Shown here: positions 46,510 to 47,172 of the stretch, in pieces
Numbering within the stretch: position 1 is the first letter of the stretch
How the letters are laid out: every line of letters begins with the position of its first letter
Assembly (NCBI GenBank): GCA_027366125.1
Contig: DAHXKZ010000216.1
Span: 1-47,172, forward strand
Length of the DNA: 47,172 nucleotides
DNA from: Phycisphaerales bacterium
GTDB lineage: Bacteria > Planctomycetota > Phycisphaerae > WQYP01
Direction of reading: 5' to 3'
Notes under the pieces: generated by a model
The model's database searches: none
Told to the model about the DNA's origin: nothing
Seen by the model: only the letters and a program-made list of their open reading frames with translations
Translations under genes and position numbers: made by a program

Positions 46510-47172
46510 ATGCCTTTTGCGCCGCGCAACACGGGTATTTTCGGGCGGCAAGACCGCAGCAGCGGCTCCAATTTATTAAACCGCGGATTACGCTGATCAC
46601 GCGGATAGGGGGCGACGGAAATCCGCGGCAGTCCACCGTTCCCGTCGTCATCATCCATTCCGTCGTATCCGCGTCCATCCGCGTCATCCGCGGTTCACGT
46701 CATCGTGTTCTGGCGCTTTATCGGGCGCACGCCACACGAATATTGCTAAGGGCAAGACGCGCGGCAGCGGCTCCGATTCATTAAACCGCGGATTACGCTG
46801 ATCACGCGGATGGGGGGCGACGGAAATCCGCGGCAGTCCACCGTTCCCGTCGCCATCATCCATTCCCTCGTATCCGCGTTCATCCGCGCCATCCGCGGTT
46901 CACATCATCCTGTTCTGGCGCTTTATCGGGCGCCGTGCGACACGAATATTGCTAAGGGCAAGTCCGCGGCAGCGGCTCCAATTCATTCAACCGCGGATTA
47001 CACTGATTACGCGGATGGGGACGACGGAAATCCGCGGCAGTCCACCGTTCCCGTCGTCATCATCCATTCCGTCGTATCCGCGTTCATCCGCGCCATCCGC
47101 GGTTCACATCATCCTGTTCTGGCGCTTTATCGGGCGCCGTGCGACACGAATATTGCTAAGGGCAAGTCCGCG
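46510..47172. repeat. noncoding tandem repeat array, period ~205 bp, with three full copies plus a partial copy, truncated by the window end
   Basis: The landmark AGCGGCTCC occurs at 46561, 46766 and 46971. ATCCGCGGCAGTCCACCGTTCCCGTCG occurs at 46621, 46826 and 47027. The copies differ by scattered substitutions and small indels. No conserved ORF is present. Confidence 0.85.

Noticed and set aside
46510-47172. A possible CRISPR array at the right edge.
   Set aside because: The whole ~205-bp unit repeats head-to-tail with no unique spacers. The unit is far longer than CRISPR repeats, and no cas genes are nearby.

Overview
This is a GC-rich bacterial chromosomal segment. All calls come from reading the sequence and ORF translations; no homology search, RNA folding or covariance model was run. 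A DUF1559-type prepilin-like H-X9-DG protein, PEP-CTERM proteins and many secreted glycan-active proteins suggest a PVC-superphylum organism (Planctomycetota/Verrucomicrobiota-like); this is inference only.

Gene content, left to right:
- pdxA and ribE, translationally coupled.
- Secreted proteins: an unknown protein, a parallel beta-helix protein and a lectin-GH92 mannosidase.
- Class II fba.
- Two tandem paralogs of a beta-propeller/phosphoesterase fusion.
- Two PEP-CTERM proteins that share a C-terminal module and a conserved terminator hairpin.
- A DUF1559 pseudopilin-like protein and an M19 dipeptidase.
- A compact RiPP-like cluster: a signal-peptide 6-Cys precursor, DUF692/MNIO and DUF2063, followed by TVP38-family and ferritin-like genes.
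- recQ.
- A Uma2-family nuclease gene split by a 400-bp MITE-like element.
- A complete RNA-repair locus: rtcR divergent from rsr, three tandem Y-RNA-like/tRNA-like ncRNAs, rtcB and rtcA.
- A block of unrecognised secreted proteins.
- A CUT1-type sugar ABC operon whose binding protein is fused to a permease.
- At least three copies of a ~205-bp noncoding tandem repeat running off the right edge.

Most interesting:
1. The MNIO Cys-rich peptide cluster with a terminator between precursor and maturase.
2. The triple Y-RNA-like array, which shows compensatory base changes.
3. The precisely bounded MITE.
4. The ATCCGCG-rich 205-bp repeat array.
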